In this document: positions 1 through 9,738 of the stretch, piece after piece
Numbering within the stretch: position 1 is the stretch's first letter
How the letters are laid out: the number at the start of each line of letters is the position of its first letter
NCBI GenBank assembly: GCA_049589195.1
Contig: JBAWAH010000042.1
Span: 2,354 to 66,353, forward strand
DNA: 64,000 bases
Direction of reading: 5' to 3'
Origin: Bacteroidota bacterium
GTDB taxonomy: Bacteria; Bacteroidota; Ignavibacteria; UBA10030; JAHEZR01
Notes under the pieces: model-generated
The model's database searches: none
Told to the model about the DNA's origin: nothing
What the model saw: only the letters and a program-made list of their open reading frames with translations
Made by a program: the position numbers and the translations under genes

Positions 1-2079
1 GGTAGTGGATGGACTGAGATCACTCCTACAGTCCAGGCTCCGGGTGACCGCCGGCTGTTGATGTCCTGCGGTCCCTTTAGGCTCGCTGCTGGCGATACTC
101 AGGAGGTGGTGTTTGGAGTCATGATTGCACGCGGCTCGACCAACAAGAGCAGCGTCACTGTCCTTAAGCAAGTTGACAAAATAGCACAGCTCGCGTACGA
201 TCTGAATTTTGCGTTGCCACCTGGACCCCCCGCGCCGCAGGTTACCAAGGCCGAGCTTGATCAACAAGTCTCTCTTTACTGGGACGGCGCTGCCGAAAAG
301 TACAGCGCTGAAGATCTCATCGACCGGGATCCTGATGGAAACCCGACTCAGTACAATTTTGAAGGATACATTGTGTACCAACTCAATGCCTTATCGGGTG
401 CCACGGAAGCCAAGAGACTGGCGGTTTTTGACATCACCGACGGCATCACGGACATCAAGGACGATGTTTTTGACAACGCAAGAGGCGAACAAGTAAACGT
501 GACAGTTGTGAAAGGGAACGATAAAGGGGCCTCGAGGATCTATCAGACGACCCTGGATGCATTTACAGGTCAAACACTCGTGAATGGTCATCCATACTAC
601 TATGCTGTCACCGCCTATGGTTACAATCCTTATGGCATTCCACACATGTACGAGGGACCACTCGAGATATTTACGGTGACTCCACACGCCCCCCCTCCCG
701 GGGTGCGCTACGTTGCCACACCCGGTGACACGGTTCTCGCGACACGCACCGGCCCCTCTGATGGCGTCGCTTTTGGTGTTGTGAAGGATGCCTCGAAGAT
801 AACCGGGCACAATTACAAAGTTCAGTTCAGAGACGTTAGTGGGGAGTCAGTGTGGGATGTTGTCGACGTAACGCTCGGTAATACGGTCGTCCTGGCCGAC
901 CAAACGAATCAGACCGGAGATGAGGGATACTCGATCATTGACGGTGTGCAGGTAAAAGTTATCGGGCCTCCTCCCGGAATGAAGTCTTGGGAGATTCCTT
1001 CTGGAAGCCGGAGATTTTCTCCCGTTGGAGGATTCGCTCTTGGCTTGGAGGGTTTCGTTGGCACAGGAGGTAGGGCTGCGAATGACGCTTACGATCAGAG
1101 CACTGGTACCATCGGTATGGCTGGACACCTCGCGTTTGGCGGGATTGGGACAACCCTCACGAATACGGATTACCACACTGTACTTCTTAAGCTTGCGGCT
1201 GTTGACAATGTTGCGCTATGGGATCCAAAGGCGACGCCAACTGATGCTAACTTCTCCCGTGCGTATCGATATCTGCGCGCTTCAACGGCGGCCGCTGCGG
1301 ATCCATCGTTTGCTCCATGGATAATAAACAAGGCCAGCGGGTATCCGTACCAGGACTACAACTATGCCGTGCCGTTCTCGGCATGGGACATGGAAACAAC
1401 CCCGCCGACCCGTCTGGCAGTCGGTGTATTTGAGAACAACACTGCCGGTGGAAGGCTTGATGGACGTTACTGGCCCGGCTTGACGACGGATGACAATTCC
1501 GTTATCCGTGAGTTCGCATTCATCTTCAAGGCGCCGTATACGGATGCGCCGAATTCGGCGTTAGCAGTGAATATGTCCAACAATGCATCAACGCCGCTGA
1601 TGTGGGTGATGACGTGCGAACGTAACGCCGATGCTGTCTGGGCAGCCGGCGATCAGTTCCAGATCAACGCGTACCACGTCAACAACCCGGCAGTCACTTT
1701 TGCCTACACCACTACTGGAAAGCAGCCCACCGTCAGTGCTGACCTGGCCAAAGCTGACATAAACCTGATTAACGTGTTTCCAAATCCTTACTTTGGAGCA
1801 CAGTCGGTAGAACGCGATCCAATCAACCGATTCGTGACCTTCAGCCATCTGCCGTTGAATGAGAAGACGACGATACGAATCTTCACGCTTGCGGGTGCTC
1901 TCGTCAGAACGATCAATCACACTCCCGGCTCAACATTTGAGAGATGGGATCTCAGGAACTCAAACGGCATCCCGGTCGCGAGTGCGATGTACCTCGTTCA
2001 CATTGAGATGGAGACGTTGGGCACGAAGATCCTCAAGCTTGCCATCATTCAACCCCAAGAGAGGCTAGACCGACTATAA
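1..2079 (+). CDS. Secreted protein with a T9SS (Por) C-terminal sorting domain. It is 5'-partial: the frame is open back to nt 1.
   Basis: The C-terminus reads ...NVFPNPYFGAQSVERDPINRFVTFSHLPLNEKTTIRIFTLAGALVRTINH... ending KILKLAIIQ, which is typical of the T9SS CTD. The frame containing the ATG at 58 has no stop between nt 1 and 57, so the gene starts upstream of the window. Confidence 0.6.
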   Translation, partial: GSGWTEITPTVQAPGDRRLLMSCGPFRLAAGDTQEVVFGVMIARGSTNKSSVTVLKQVDKIAQLAYDLNFALPPGPPAPQVTKAELDQQVSLYWDGAAEKYSAEDLIDRDPDGNPTQYNFEGYIVYQLNALSGATEAKRLAVFDITDGITDIKDDVFDNARGEQVNVTVVKGNDKGASRIYQTTLDAFTGQTLVNGHPYYYAVTAYGYNPYGIPHMYEGPLEIFTVTPHAPPPGVRYVATPGDTVLATRTGPSDGVAFGVVKDASKITGHNYKVQFRDVSGESVWDVVDVTLGNTVVLADQTNQTGDEGYSIIDGVQVKVIGPPPGMKSWEIPSGSRRFSPVGGFALGLEGFVGTGGRAANDAYDQSTGTIGMAGHLAFGGIGTTLTNTDYHTVLLKLAAVDNVALWDPKATPTDANFSRAYRYLRASTAAAADPSFAPWIINKASGYPYQDYNYAVPFSAWDMETTPPTRLAVGVFENNTAGGRLDGRYWPGLTTDDNSVIREFAFIFKAPYTDAPNSALAVNMSNNASTPLMWVMTCERNADAVWAAGDQFQINAYHVNNPAVTFAYTTTGKQPTVSADLAKADINLINVFPNPYFGAQSVERDPINRFVTFSHLPLNEKTTIRIFTLAGALVRTINHTPGSTFERWDLRNSNGIPVASAMYLVHIEMETLGTKILKLAIIQPQERLDRL

Positions 2080-2184
2080 AAGAAGCCTCGCAGAGGCCCC
2101 TGTGGGAACGGAATTATCCGATTCAGCCCGAGGCCTCTGCGGGCGGATTTCTCAACAACCCAAGAAACCAAAACGGAGTGTACC

Positions 2185-3225
2185 ATGAAGAGCCTTAGAA
2201 AGAACGCGACTTGGTTACTGCTCGTCGGTTTCCTGTTTTGGATAGCCCAGGCTGAAGCCGGCTCTGGCGCCCGGACGGGGACGGCGGGAGGGCAGGAACT
2301 TCTCATTCCCGTGGGTGGCGTAGGCATAGCGATGGGCGGTGCGTATGCCTCCGGCATCACTGGGGTCGAAGCCATCTACTGGAACCCAGCTGGTATCCCA
2401 GTTTTCAATGGTTCCACGGAAGCGCTTTTTTCGCATATGAATTATCTGGCATCGATCAACGTCGAGTACGCGGCCGTCGCTGCAAAGCTCGGGGGTGTTG
2501 GAACGCTGGCCTTCAGTGTGCAGAGTCTTGGCTTCGGCGCTATTCCTGTGACGACTGTAGAGCAGCCCGATGGGACAGGCGATACGTACTCCCCCACATA
2601 TCTCACCTTGGGGTTATCGTACGCTCGGCAGATGACTGATAAAATCTATTTCGGAGCGACTGCAAAGCTGGTGACGGAGAACATCTTGAGGGAAAGTGCG
2701 AACGGCGTTGCGTTCGACTTTGGCCTGCAGTACCATAGTTCCGTGACAGGGCTCAAGTTTGGTGTCGTCATGAAGAACATAGGTCCTATGATGCAATTTT
2801 CAGGTCCGGACCTGGAGCAGAGTGTGCAACTCCCAGGCACCGAGCCGGGAACCCAACCGAGACCAGTTGCGATAACGGCTCAATCTTTTGACCTGCCGAC
2901 GACGCTTGAATTCGGAGCTTCGTATGACTATGGCTTTGCAGACAACAGTCGCATTACACTTTCGGGGAGTTTCTTGAATCACAACTACCAGTATGACGAC
3001 TTTAAGCTCGGGGCGGAAGTCATGTACAATGACCTGGTTTTCTTGAGGGGAGGGTATCTCATGAGCCCCGATACGCCGACGGGGGACAGGGTCTTCGGCT
3101 TCAGCGCAGGGGGAGGGTTGAAGTTCAAGCTGTCCGAGAATCTGAATGTCGCGTTCGATTATGCATACCGCGCGACCGATTTCTTCGTCGATAACCAGGT
3201 CTTTGCGGTGAGGGTTGGGTTCTAA
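2185..3225 (+). CDS. Outer-membrane beta-barrel protein with a signal peptide, PorV/FadL-like. Function is uncertain.
   Basis: The N-terminus MKSLRKNATWLLLVGFLFWIAQAEA is a signal peptide. The sequence alternates amphipathic beta-strands and ends in the aromatic residues ...FAVRVGF, as OMP barrels do. It sits between T9SS cargo and a GWxTD gene. Confidence 0.45.
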   Translation: MKSLRKNATWLLLVGFLFWIAQAEAGSGARTGTAGGQELLIPVGGVGIAMGGAYASGITGVEAIYWNPAGIPVFNGSTEALFSHMNYLASINVEYAAVAAKLGGVGTLAFSVQSLGFGAIPVTTVEQPDGTGDTYSPTYLTLGLSYARQMTDKIYFGATAKLVTENILRESANGVAFDFGLQYHSSVTGLKFGVVMKNIGPMMQFSGPDLEQSVQLPGTEPGTQPRPVAITAQSFDLPTTLEFGASYDYGFADNSRITLSGSFLNHNYQYDDFKLGAEVMYNDLVFLRGGYLMSPDTPTGDRVFGFSAGGGLKFKLSENLNVAFDYAYRATDFFVDNQVFAVRVGF

Positions 3226-3303
3226 TTCTTCGTGATTTGGATTTGGGAGAAAGGGTTGATGCCTTCCTGTGGTCAGCCCTTTCTTTATTTCTTGGAGAGC
3301 ACG

Positions 3304-4707
3304 ATGGGCTTACAAATGTTAACGAGACGGTACTTGCTCACGGTGTTATCGATAGCACTCGCAGGGTCCGCAGCATTCTCTCAAGGCAGGCTCGATTTGA
3401 ATGCTGACTATGCATTGTTTCGTGGGACCGGTGACCGATCACACGTGGAAGTGTATTATTCCATTCCGCAATTTCAGTTGGCGTTTGTTCACGATTCCGC
3501 CAGCGGTCGGACGGTGGCTTCCGCTGTTGTCCTGATGCGGATGGTTCGAGAAAGCCAGATCGTGATGAATCAAGCATGGAAACTCGAGTCTCGCGTGGTC
3601 GAGGCCTCTCAGATCAATGCGCAAGAATACCTACTCGATCAAAGAAGGCTTGACATTGAGGCCGGGAAGTACAAGCTATTCATTTATGTGACGGACATCA
3701 ACAATCCGGAGAAGAAGGATTCGACCGAGATTGATTTTGAAGCTCCAACGTGGGGAACAGATCAGGTCAAGATGAGCGACATCGAATTGTGTTCTTCGTT
3801 GAAACAATCGGAGCCGGACAGTATAGATGTGTTCTACAAGAACTCGTACGAAGCCATCCCCCAGCCTGAAAGGGTATTTGGGAAAGGATCGCCAGTCCTC
3901 TTCTACTACCTCGAAGTCTATAACATGAACAGTGTTCCTTCGCTGGGGTCGTACGAGACGCGAACGTATGTCACCGACAGAAATGGCGCGAGAATAGAGG
4001 CAGTGAAGGAGAAGGTGAAACGACATGCAAAAAGCTTAGACGCTTTTGTAGAGGTGGGGTCGGTGAACATCGCTCACCTGAGCGCAGGGGCCTATTTTCT
4101 GCACTTTGCTGTGGGTGACACCTTGGGCAATTTGGGTGCTACCGTTTCAAAGGAATTCTTTGTGCTGGGAAGCCCGTCTAGCCTGTCGAATCAGGCCTCA
4201 GCGACCAAAGGTGTAATGGCGTCGCGGTTTGCTGTAATGTCCGAGACAGACTTGGACCAGGAGTTTGAGCAGTCTCGATATCTCTCCACGGACAATGACA
4301 GGAGCACATATGAGTCTCTAATAGACGTGGGCGGAAAGCGCGACTTCATGTTTCAGTTCTGGCAAAGTCGTGACCCCGATCCGTCAACACCCGAAAACGA
4401 GTTGTACACTCAACATGAGCAAAGGCTAGAGTTTGTTAGAAGTCATTTTCGGAGTTTCCAGAAGCAGGGTTGGAGGAGTGACAGAGGACGCGTGTATCTG
4501 CAATATGGTCCAGCAGACGAGGTTGAACGGTATGCGAATTCTGAAGACACCAAGCCATATGAGATATGGCATTACAATGCTCTTCAGGGTGGGGTGATCT
4601 TTGTCTTCGGGGACAGATCGAATTTCGGAGATTATGTCCTTGTTCATTCTACTGCCCGTGGGGAAATCAACAACCCGAACTGGCACGACGATCTGAAGGG
4701 ATTCTAG
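3304..4707 (+). CDS. GWxTD domain-containing protein.
   Basis: The C-terminus carries GWRSDRGRVYLQYGPADEVERYANSEDTKPYEIWHYNALQGGVIFVFGDRSNFGDYVLVH, the GWxTD signature. A signal peptide MGLQMLTRRYLLTVLSIALAGSAAFSQG starts at the ATG at 3304. The ORF track's 3232 start is probably upstream read-through. Confidence 0.6.
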   Translation: MGLQMLTRRYLLTVLSIALAGSAAFSQGRLDLNADYALFRGTGDRSHVEVYYSIPQFQLAFVHDSASGRTVASAVVLMRMVRESQIVMNQAWKLESRVVEASQINAQEYLLDQRRLDIEAGKYKLFIYVTDINNPEKKDSTEIDFEAPTWGTDQVKMSDIELCSSLKQSEPDSIDVFYKNSYEAIPQPERVFGKGSPVLFYYLEVYNMNSVPSLGSYETRTYVTDRNGARIEAVKEKVKRHAKSLDAFVEVGSVNIAHLSAGAYFLHFAVGDTLGNLGATVSKEFFVLGSPSSLSNQASATKGVMASRFAVMSETDLDQEFEQSRYLSTDNDRSTYESLIDVGGKRDFMFQFWQSRDPDPSTPENELYTQHEQRLEFVRSHFRSFQKQGWRSDRGRVYLQYGPADEVERYANSEDTKPYEIWHYNALQGGVIFVFGDRSNFGDYVLVHSTARGEINNPNWHDDLKGF

Positions 4708-5102
4708 CCCAGGCGATCTTCCAACTTTACCCTAAAGCCCATTGGGCGACGCCTCTGAGCGCTTGATCACACACGCGTCGCATCTCTGCAGGCGTTATGA
4801 CGTCGCACTTCATTCGGATGTCTAAGCGACATGGCTGTTGTGCCCACCTACTCTCCTCTTGCCTTCAGTCCTCCGACACCTCGATTCAACCTGAATACTG
4901 TGTTCACCACAGCGGGACGCAATCGATCTGGGTTTCCTTGATTGTTTTTCCGGGCCGCCGTATATTTGGGGAGCCCCGCAAGAGTCCCCTGAATGGTGCG
5001 CTCGAGCCCGAGGGGGCGGCGGGCCGATGCTTAGAGACGTTGCTGAGGATCTTCGGCCCTGAGTAATAGACAAGAGTCCACAAGAACATTTCCCCAAGAG
5101 TT

Positions 5103-7175
5103 GTGAATTCCAGACCCACGGTGCCGGCAACTTCCGGACACTCCCCCAAAGAGAGGGGGGAGCGCGAATTTCATTCTCCCACCACGCAAGTGCTTTCTCC
5201 GCTGAAGAAACTCGTCTTCCTTGGATTGACAATCGCATCGCCACTTCTTCTCCTCGTTGCTGTCGAACTCGGGCTGCGCCTCTTCAATGTCGGGCCCGAT
5301 CTTTCGCTATTCAGGCCCGAAACGATCCGCGGCCAGGTGTATTATGTTATGAATCCTTCAGTCGGAGCCCGTTACTTCTCCGGTTCTGGATTTGCCCCGG
5401 CCCCGTCGACCGAATACTTCAAGGTCCCCAAACCGGCAGGCACCTTTCGCATTTTCTGTCTTGGTGGATCGACTGTCGTGGGGTACCCGTACTGGCATAA
5501 TGCGTCGTTCAGTTCGTTTCTTCGCGAGCGGCTGCGTTGGATCTTTCCAGGACGTGACATCGAGGTCATCAACTTGGGGATGACGGCGATCAATAGTTAT
5601 ACAGTGCTCGATCTTGTTCGCGAACTTCCCATGTATGATCCTGATCTGATCATCATTTACGATGGGCATAATGAGTTCTATGGTGCACTTGGCGCTGGTG
5701 CACTCGGGACGGTGTCGCATTTTCGGTGGCTGGTCAAGGCGTACCTGCATCTCATGCACTATCGAATTTTTCTTCTACTGCGAGAGGGATATGTGTGGCT
5801 CCGTGAGGCAATGCGTGGAGAAGGCGAGTCAGTGCTCAGGGGACCGACCCTCGAACTTCTGGCAGGCAGGCAGCTGATCCCAGCGAAGAGCGCGTTGTAC
5901 AGGGACAGCAGACTCATCTTCGAATCGAACCTTAAGGACATCTGCTCCATCGCCCGCGAACATCATATCCCGATCCTTTTAAGCACCCAGGTTTCCAATT
6001 TGCGGGACATGCCACCATTTTCGTCAGAAGCACCCGCAGGGTTAACCACCGGGGTAAGGAACACGTTCGACCGTCATCTGGATTCTGGGCACAAGGCCAT
6101 CCTTGATCAGGACTGGAGTGCGGCGCTCATGGAATTGCAGGCTGCACGGGCGATCGATTCATCTCACGCGTGGACCCACTATGCCATCGCAACATGTCTG
6201 GACCTCCTGGGACGGACGCGTGAAGCAAGGACAGAATACGTGAAGGCACGAGACGAAGACCAGCTTCGATTTCGCGCATCCACCGATTTCAATCGAGTGA
6301 TTGCAGAGATGGCGGATACAACAGCTGTGGGAGTTGTTGACATGGAACAGGTGTTCATGGGCAATTCACCCGATTCTCTCATTGGCAGTTCTTTGATCAT
6401 GGACCATCTGCACCCGAATTCCTTCGGGCATTTCCTGATGGGGGAAGCGTATGCCAAAGCGATGCGTCGTCGGGGACTTCTTGCGTCACCTGCCGTCTGG
6501 GCATCGCAGGATACTATTCCGGACAGCCTGCTCTGGGCTTACCGTCCTGTTGCAGAGATTGATGAGCGCATTGCGGCGAGACGCACGGAAATTCTCCTAT
6601 CCAGCTGGCCGTTTGTGGGACATGACACAACGGTTTCCCCCGTGTCAACGCAGGATACCCTGGGACATATCGCAGAAGATGTCGTGCACCAAAATTCTGG
6701 TTGGGGTGATGCTCACGAAGAGGCCATCAGATTCTATGCGGGGAGACACGATTGGCAGAATCTGGAGCGTGAGTACAGGACGCTGGTCAACCTCGTGCCA
6801 CTGGAGGTGATGCCGTACCTGAGGCTCGGCCGACTGTATCTCCAGCAACGGCGGTTCAGCGAAGCGCGCGCGGTGTTCCAGACCTCCCTGCAGGTGGAGC
6901 CAACTGCCACTGCGTACAGAAACCTCGGTGACATCGCTCTTCGAGATAGTTCTACAGATGAAGCAATCACCCTCTACGAAAAGACTCGGGCATTTCGACA
7001 ATCGCGAGAAGAAGAGGTACAGAATGGCTTCGTTCTTGCAGTCGTGTACCTGAGGCGAAACATGCCTGGCCCTGCAGAATCCCAGTTGCTTCATGTGTTG
7101 TCAATCGATCCGACACACAAAGCGTCCCAAGAACTGCTGAAGGTAATCCGCCTGGCAAAGCAGAAACGTCCGTAG
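5103..7175 (+). CDS. SGNH/GDSL-type hydrolase domain fused to TPR repeats, with an N-terminal membrane anchor.
   Basis: A TM segment LVFLGLTIASPLLLLVAVELGLRLF follows the N-terminus. An SGNH-like block FCLGGSTVVGYPY ... DGHNEFYG ... DHLHPN is present. The C-terminal third has TPR-like repeats (AIATCLDLLGRTREARTEYVKA..., RLGRLYLQQRRFSEARAVFQTSL). Confidence 0.5.
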   Translation: MNSRPTVPATSGHSPKERGEREFHSPTTQVLSPLKKLVFLGLTIASPLLLLVAVELGLRLFNVGPDLSLFRPETIRGQVYYVMNPSVGARYFSGSGFAPAPSTEYFKVPKPAGTFRIFCLGGSTVVGYPYWHNASFSSFLRERLRWIFPGRDIEVINLGMTAINSYTVLDLVRELPMYDPDLIIIYDGHNEFYGALGAGALGTVSHFRWLVKAYLHLMHYRIFLLLREGYVWLREAMRGEGESVLRGPTLELLAGRQLIPAKSALYRDSRLIFESNLKDICSIAREHHIPILLSTQVSNLRDMPPFSSEAPAGLTTGVRNTFDRHLDSGHKAILDQDWSAALMELQAARAIDSSHAWTHYAIATCLDLLGRTREARTEYVKARDEDQLRFRASTDFNRVIAEMADTTAVGVVDMEQVFMGNSPDSLIGSSLIMDHLHPNSFGHFLMGEAYAKAMRRRGLLASPAVWASQDTIPDSLLWAYRPVAEIDERIAARRTEILLSSWPFVGHDTTVSPVSTQDTLGHIAEDVVHQNSGWGDAHEEAIRFYAGRHDWQNLEREYRTLVNLVPLEVMPYLRLGRLYLQQRRFSEARAVFQTSLQVEPTATAYRNLGDIALRDSSTDEAITLYEKTRAFRQSREEEVQNGFVLAVVYLRRNMPGPAESQLLHVLSIDPTHKASQELLKVIRLAKQKRP

Positions 7176-7570
7176 CGGCAGGCAAGCGATTCCCCACTGG
7201 TCATTGTGAATAGTCCGTTGGCGGACGAAAATGATCGGACCGGTACAAGTCACACGATGTAGCCCTCAGCACAACGGGGTACATAACACCACCAAGGTCA
7301 GACAATGGAGAATGAACTGGCGCTAGGCGGTAATTCCAATGTGAGGGGTGTTTGATGAACCCAGACACGCAGGGACAGGGTGCTGATGTGGTCCCTGATC
7401 GACGGGAATTGCGCCTTGTTGCGAGGATGTTGAGGCGTGGGAGAGAAGGTTGTTCTCTGCAATGCATTTCAGTATATTATTACTGCAGGGGCGTCAGAGC
7501 GGATGGTACTCCCGAAGTATAGGAGTTGGATCAATCAGTTCTCCATTTCCTAGCGAAAGGAAGATAGAGG

Positions 7571-7750
7571 ATGAAATTTCTCTCTAATGTAATTTCTAAA
7601 TTATCGATCTTTGGAGAACTCTGGGCTTTCATGAGAATCCGAAAGAAGTGGTGGCTTGGCCCACTTATTATCTTCCTCGTCGTTCTTGGCCTTTTCATCG
7701 TGCTTACAGAGGGTTCTGCGCTTGCGCCCTTTATCTACACATTGTTTTAG
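7571..7750 (+). CDS. DUF5989-family small membrane protein of 59 aa. It is below the ORF-track size cutoff.
   Basis: The translation is MKFLSNVISKLSIFGELWAFMRIRKKWWLGPLIIFLVVLGLFIVLTEGSALAPFIYTLF. It matches the conserved ...ELW.FMR.RKKWWL.PIII.L...G..IVLT.GSA.APFIYTLF pattern of DUF5989 and has one TM helix. An AGGATG-type RBS (aagatagagg) lies just upstream. Confidence 0.5.
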   Translation: MKFLSNVISKLSIFGELWAFMRIRKKWWLGPLIIFLVVLGLFIVLTEGSALAPFIYTLF

Positions 7751-7820
7751 ACGTGGTATACCTCCGGACTCAGTTCATCAGAGGACCAGTAGCTCCTTTT
7801 TTTGACGGAATGAGGTCTCC

Positions 7821-8711
7821 TTGACTTGGCCATCTTTTCTATTCAGCCTTCTGTTTCTTGTTCCTCTCGGGCACGCTGATCCGCTCCAGACCAGTTTCCT
7901 GTTCTCCTTCGGAACATTCAATGGATCGAGGTCCATTTCAATTGCCCTTAATGGCCTCGCCTACATTGTTGATACAGGCGACAACAAACTCAAAGTGTTT
8001 TCACCCTCTGGCGACTCTGTCAGAGAAATTGGCGGATCTGGCTGGGGTGATCTCGAATTCGACCAGCCATATGACGTCGCAGTAGGAGCCGGCCTCGATT
8101 TCTACGTTGCGGATTACGGGAATCACAGGATCCAGCGTTTTGACAAAGATCTGAATTACATCTCGACACTGTATACGCGTGATAGCGATGATCCTTCGCA
8201 GCGGTTCGGCTACCCGACAAGTGTGGCCACGTCCAGATTGGGAGATCTTTTCCTTCTTGACAACGAAGACATCCGTGTCGTTAAGGTGAACACGTTCAGC
8301 ACGATTGAACGGACGTTTGGCGGAATCGAGGCAGGGAAGGGCAGGTTGAAGAATCCACGAAAGGTTCGGATAACGAATCAGGACCTCGTCTGCGTTCTTG
8401 ACGAGCAGCGAATCGTGATCTTCGACAACTTCGGGAACTACGTCCGAACAATTGGCGAAGGTGCATTGAGTGATCCGCGAGGGATGGCGATCCAGCGAGA
8501 TACTCTCTATGTGGTCGATGGGGCGGAGGTTCGCCTCTTTAACTCCGAAGGGAGACTTCTTGAAGTCCTTGCTCCTTCCAACGGAGCCCAGGGTGGGCAG
8601 GAACAGTCCTTCAATGACATTGCCGTCTCCGGTCGGAGGCTCTTTCTTCTCACGGATCAAGAGGTCAAGGTGTTTGAGTGGCGAGGGAAGAATACGCTTG
8701 ACAATCACTGA
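7821..8711 (+). CDS. NHL-repeat beta-propeller protein, secreted.
   Basis: A signal peptide MTWPSFLFSLLFLVPLGHA is present. NHL-type repeats recur: YDVAVGAGLDFYVADYGNHRIQRFDKD, PRGMAIQRDTLYVVDGAEVRLFNSEGR. Confidence 0.6.
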   Translation: MTWPSFLFSLLFLVPLGHADPLQTSFLFSFGTFNGSRSISIALNGLAYIVDTGDNKLKVFSPSGDSVREIGGSGWGDLEFDQPYDVAVGAGLDFYVADYGNHRIQRFDKDLNYISTLYTRDSDDPSQRFGYPTSVATSRLGDLFLLDNEDIRVVKVNTFSTIERTFGGIEAGKGRLKNPRKVRITNQDLVCVLDEQRIVIFDNFGNYVRTIGEGALSDPRGMAIQRDTLYVVDGAEVRLFNSEGRLLEVLAPSNGAQGGQEQSFNDIAVSGRRLFLLTDQEVKVFEWRGKNTLDNH

Positions 8712-8825
8712 TTTTTCGCTTACAATCAGATAGTCTACGACAGCGGCTCCTCCCGAGCGAAGCCCTCGGCCTTACCAATTCAGCCCAGAGTAGAAAAAAC
8801 GGAATCAGAAAGGAGCTAACAACTT

Positions 8826-9236
8826 ATGGCGAAGAGCCTCAACAAGGCGATGCTTATTGGAAACCTCGGGGGCGACCCCGAGCTCCGATATACGAGCAGC
8901 GGAGTTGCAGTGGCAAACTTTAACATCGCAACGAGCATGAAGTGGACAGATCCAGACGGAAATGCCCAAGAGAAAACCGAGTGGCACACGATCGTCGCTT
9001 GGCGCAAGTTGGCCGAAATCTGCGGAGAGTACCTGAAGAAAGGCCGGAGGGTGTACATCGAAGGGCGCCTGCAGACCCGAACGTGGGATGACAAGAACGG
9101 CGTCAAGCATTGGAAAACCGAGATCATTGCAGACGACATGATTATGCTTGATGGCAGAGGTGAAACAGCTGCCGAGCCGTCGCCTCCTGCAGAGCAGCAG
9201 GGGTCGGCTGAGAAAGAAGAAGACTTGCCGTTCTAA
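8826..9236 (+). CDS. ssb: Single-stranded DNA-binding protein.
   Basis: The OB-fold core reads [37 protein letters not shown]...[42 protein letters not shown]. An acidic/Gly-rich tail ends in the canonical DLPF. Confidence 0.9.
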   Translation: MAKSLNKAMLIGNLGGDPELRYTSSGVAVANFNIATSMKWTDPDGNAQEKTEWHTIVAWRKLAEICGEYLKKGRRVYIEGRLQTRTWDDKNGVKHWKTEIIADDMIMLDGRGETAAEPSPPAEQQGSAEKEEDLPF

Positions 9237-9399
9237 GCGCGACGAAGGATGTGCAGCGAGCAATGAGATTTGTGGAGAGAGCTAGTTGTTAGAGATTTGA
9301 CGTTCAAGCCTTGACATTCTCTGAGATAATCTCTACCTTAGTTCAGTTCTTTGTATAGAGACATGTTCTGGTGTTCCTCCTCGACTCTTTCGAGTCGAG

Positions 9400-9700
9400 C
9401 GTGCGAACGCAAGAGGGAAACCCGTGAACCCCGGACTTGATTCGGGGAAGTCGGGTGCTGCCCCGCAACTGTAATCCCATTCTTCCGCTTTTTGCGGGAG
9501 AGTAAATCTCTGAACGAGTGAAGCCACTGTCCCGAAGTGAGTCAGGATGGGAAGGCAAGTCAGAGATTGGGTGAGCCAGGAGACCGACCAGGACACGAAG
9601 ATAAGCGTTTGCCTTCGCGGGAAGGTGTGGCCATACCGAACTAGACGGGCTTTTCTTTAGACCCCAACCTCCCTGGCGAAGGTTGGGGTTTTTTGTTCAT
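9400..9700 (+). promoter_or_regulatory. Cobalamin (AdoCbl) riboswitch plus expression-platform terminator in the btuB leader.
   Basis: Conserved blocks appear in the correct order. First, aGAGGGAAAcccGUGaACCCCGG matches the GGGAA...GGUG...AAnCC region. Second, GUGCUGCCCCGCAACUGUAA is the B12-box region (CCCGCaACuGUaA). Third, GAGCCAGGAGACCGACC matches the GCCAGGAgACC 3' block. A GC hairpin with a U-tract follows at 9662-9698. A TonB receptor gene starts at 9739. Confidence 0.7.
9662..9698 (+). terminator. Intrinsic terminator hairpin, the riboswitch OFF-state terminator.
   Basis: CCCCAACCT-ccctggcga-AGGTTGGGG is a 9-bp stem. It is followed by TTTTTTGTT, 40 nt upstream of the btuB start. Confidence 0.6.
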
Positions 9701-9738
9701 AGAAACCAATCCCGGCAAGAAATGATCAGAGGTGTCAA

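Noticed and set aside
2087-2147. Imperfect long-range inverted repeat (GCCTCGCAGAGGCC ... GGCCTCTGCGGGC) after the first T9SS gene, considered as a terminator.
   Set aside because: The stem is imperfect, the loop is about 35 nt, and there is no clear U-tract. It is too weak to call.
8001-8708. 235-aa ORF on the minus strand.
   Set aside because: It is entirely antisense to the NHL-repeat gene (7821..8711), which has a signal peptide and recognisable repeats. It is an antisense shadow ORF.
9333-9650. Considered whether the structured non-coding stretch after ssb was RNase P RNA, tmRNA, 6S or SRP RNA. ORFs 9333..9596 and 9343..9558 are on the minus strand here.
   Set aside because: No GGAAAGUCCGG / tmRNA tag-reading-frame / SRP domain IV motifs are present. 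Ordered cobalamin-riboswitch blocks and a downstream btuB explain the region. The minus-strand ORFs run antisense through the riboswitch and are spurious.
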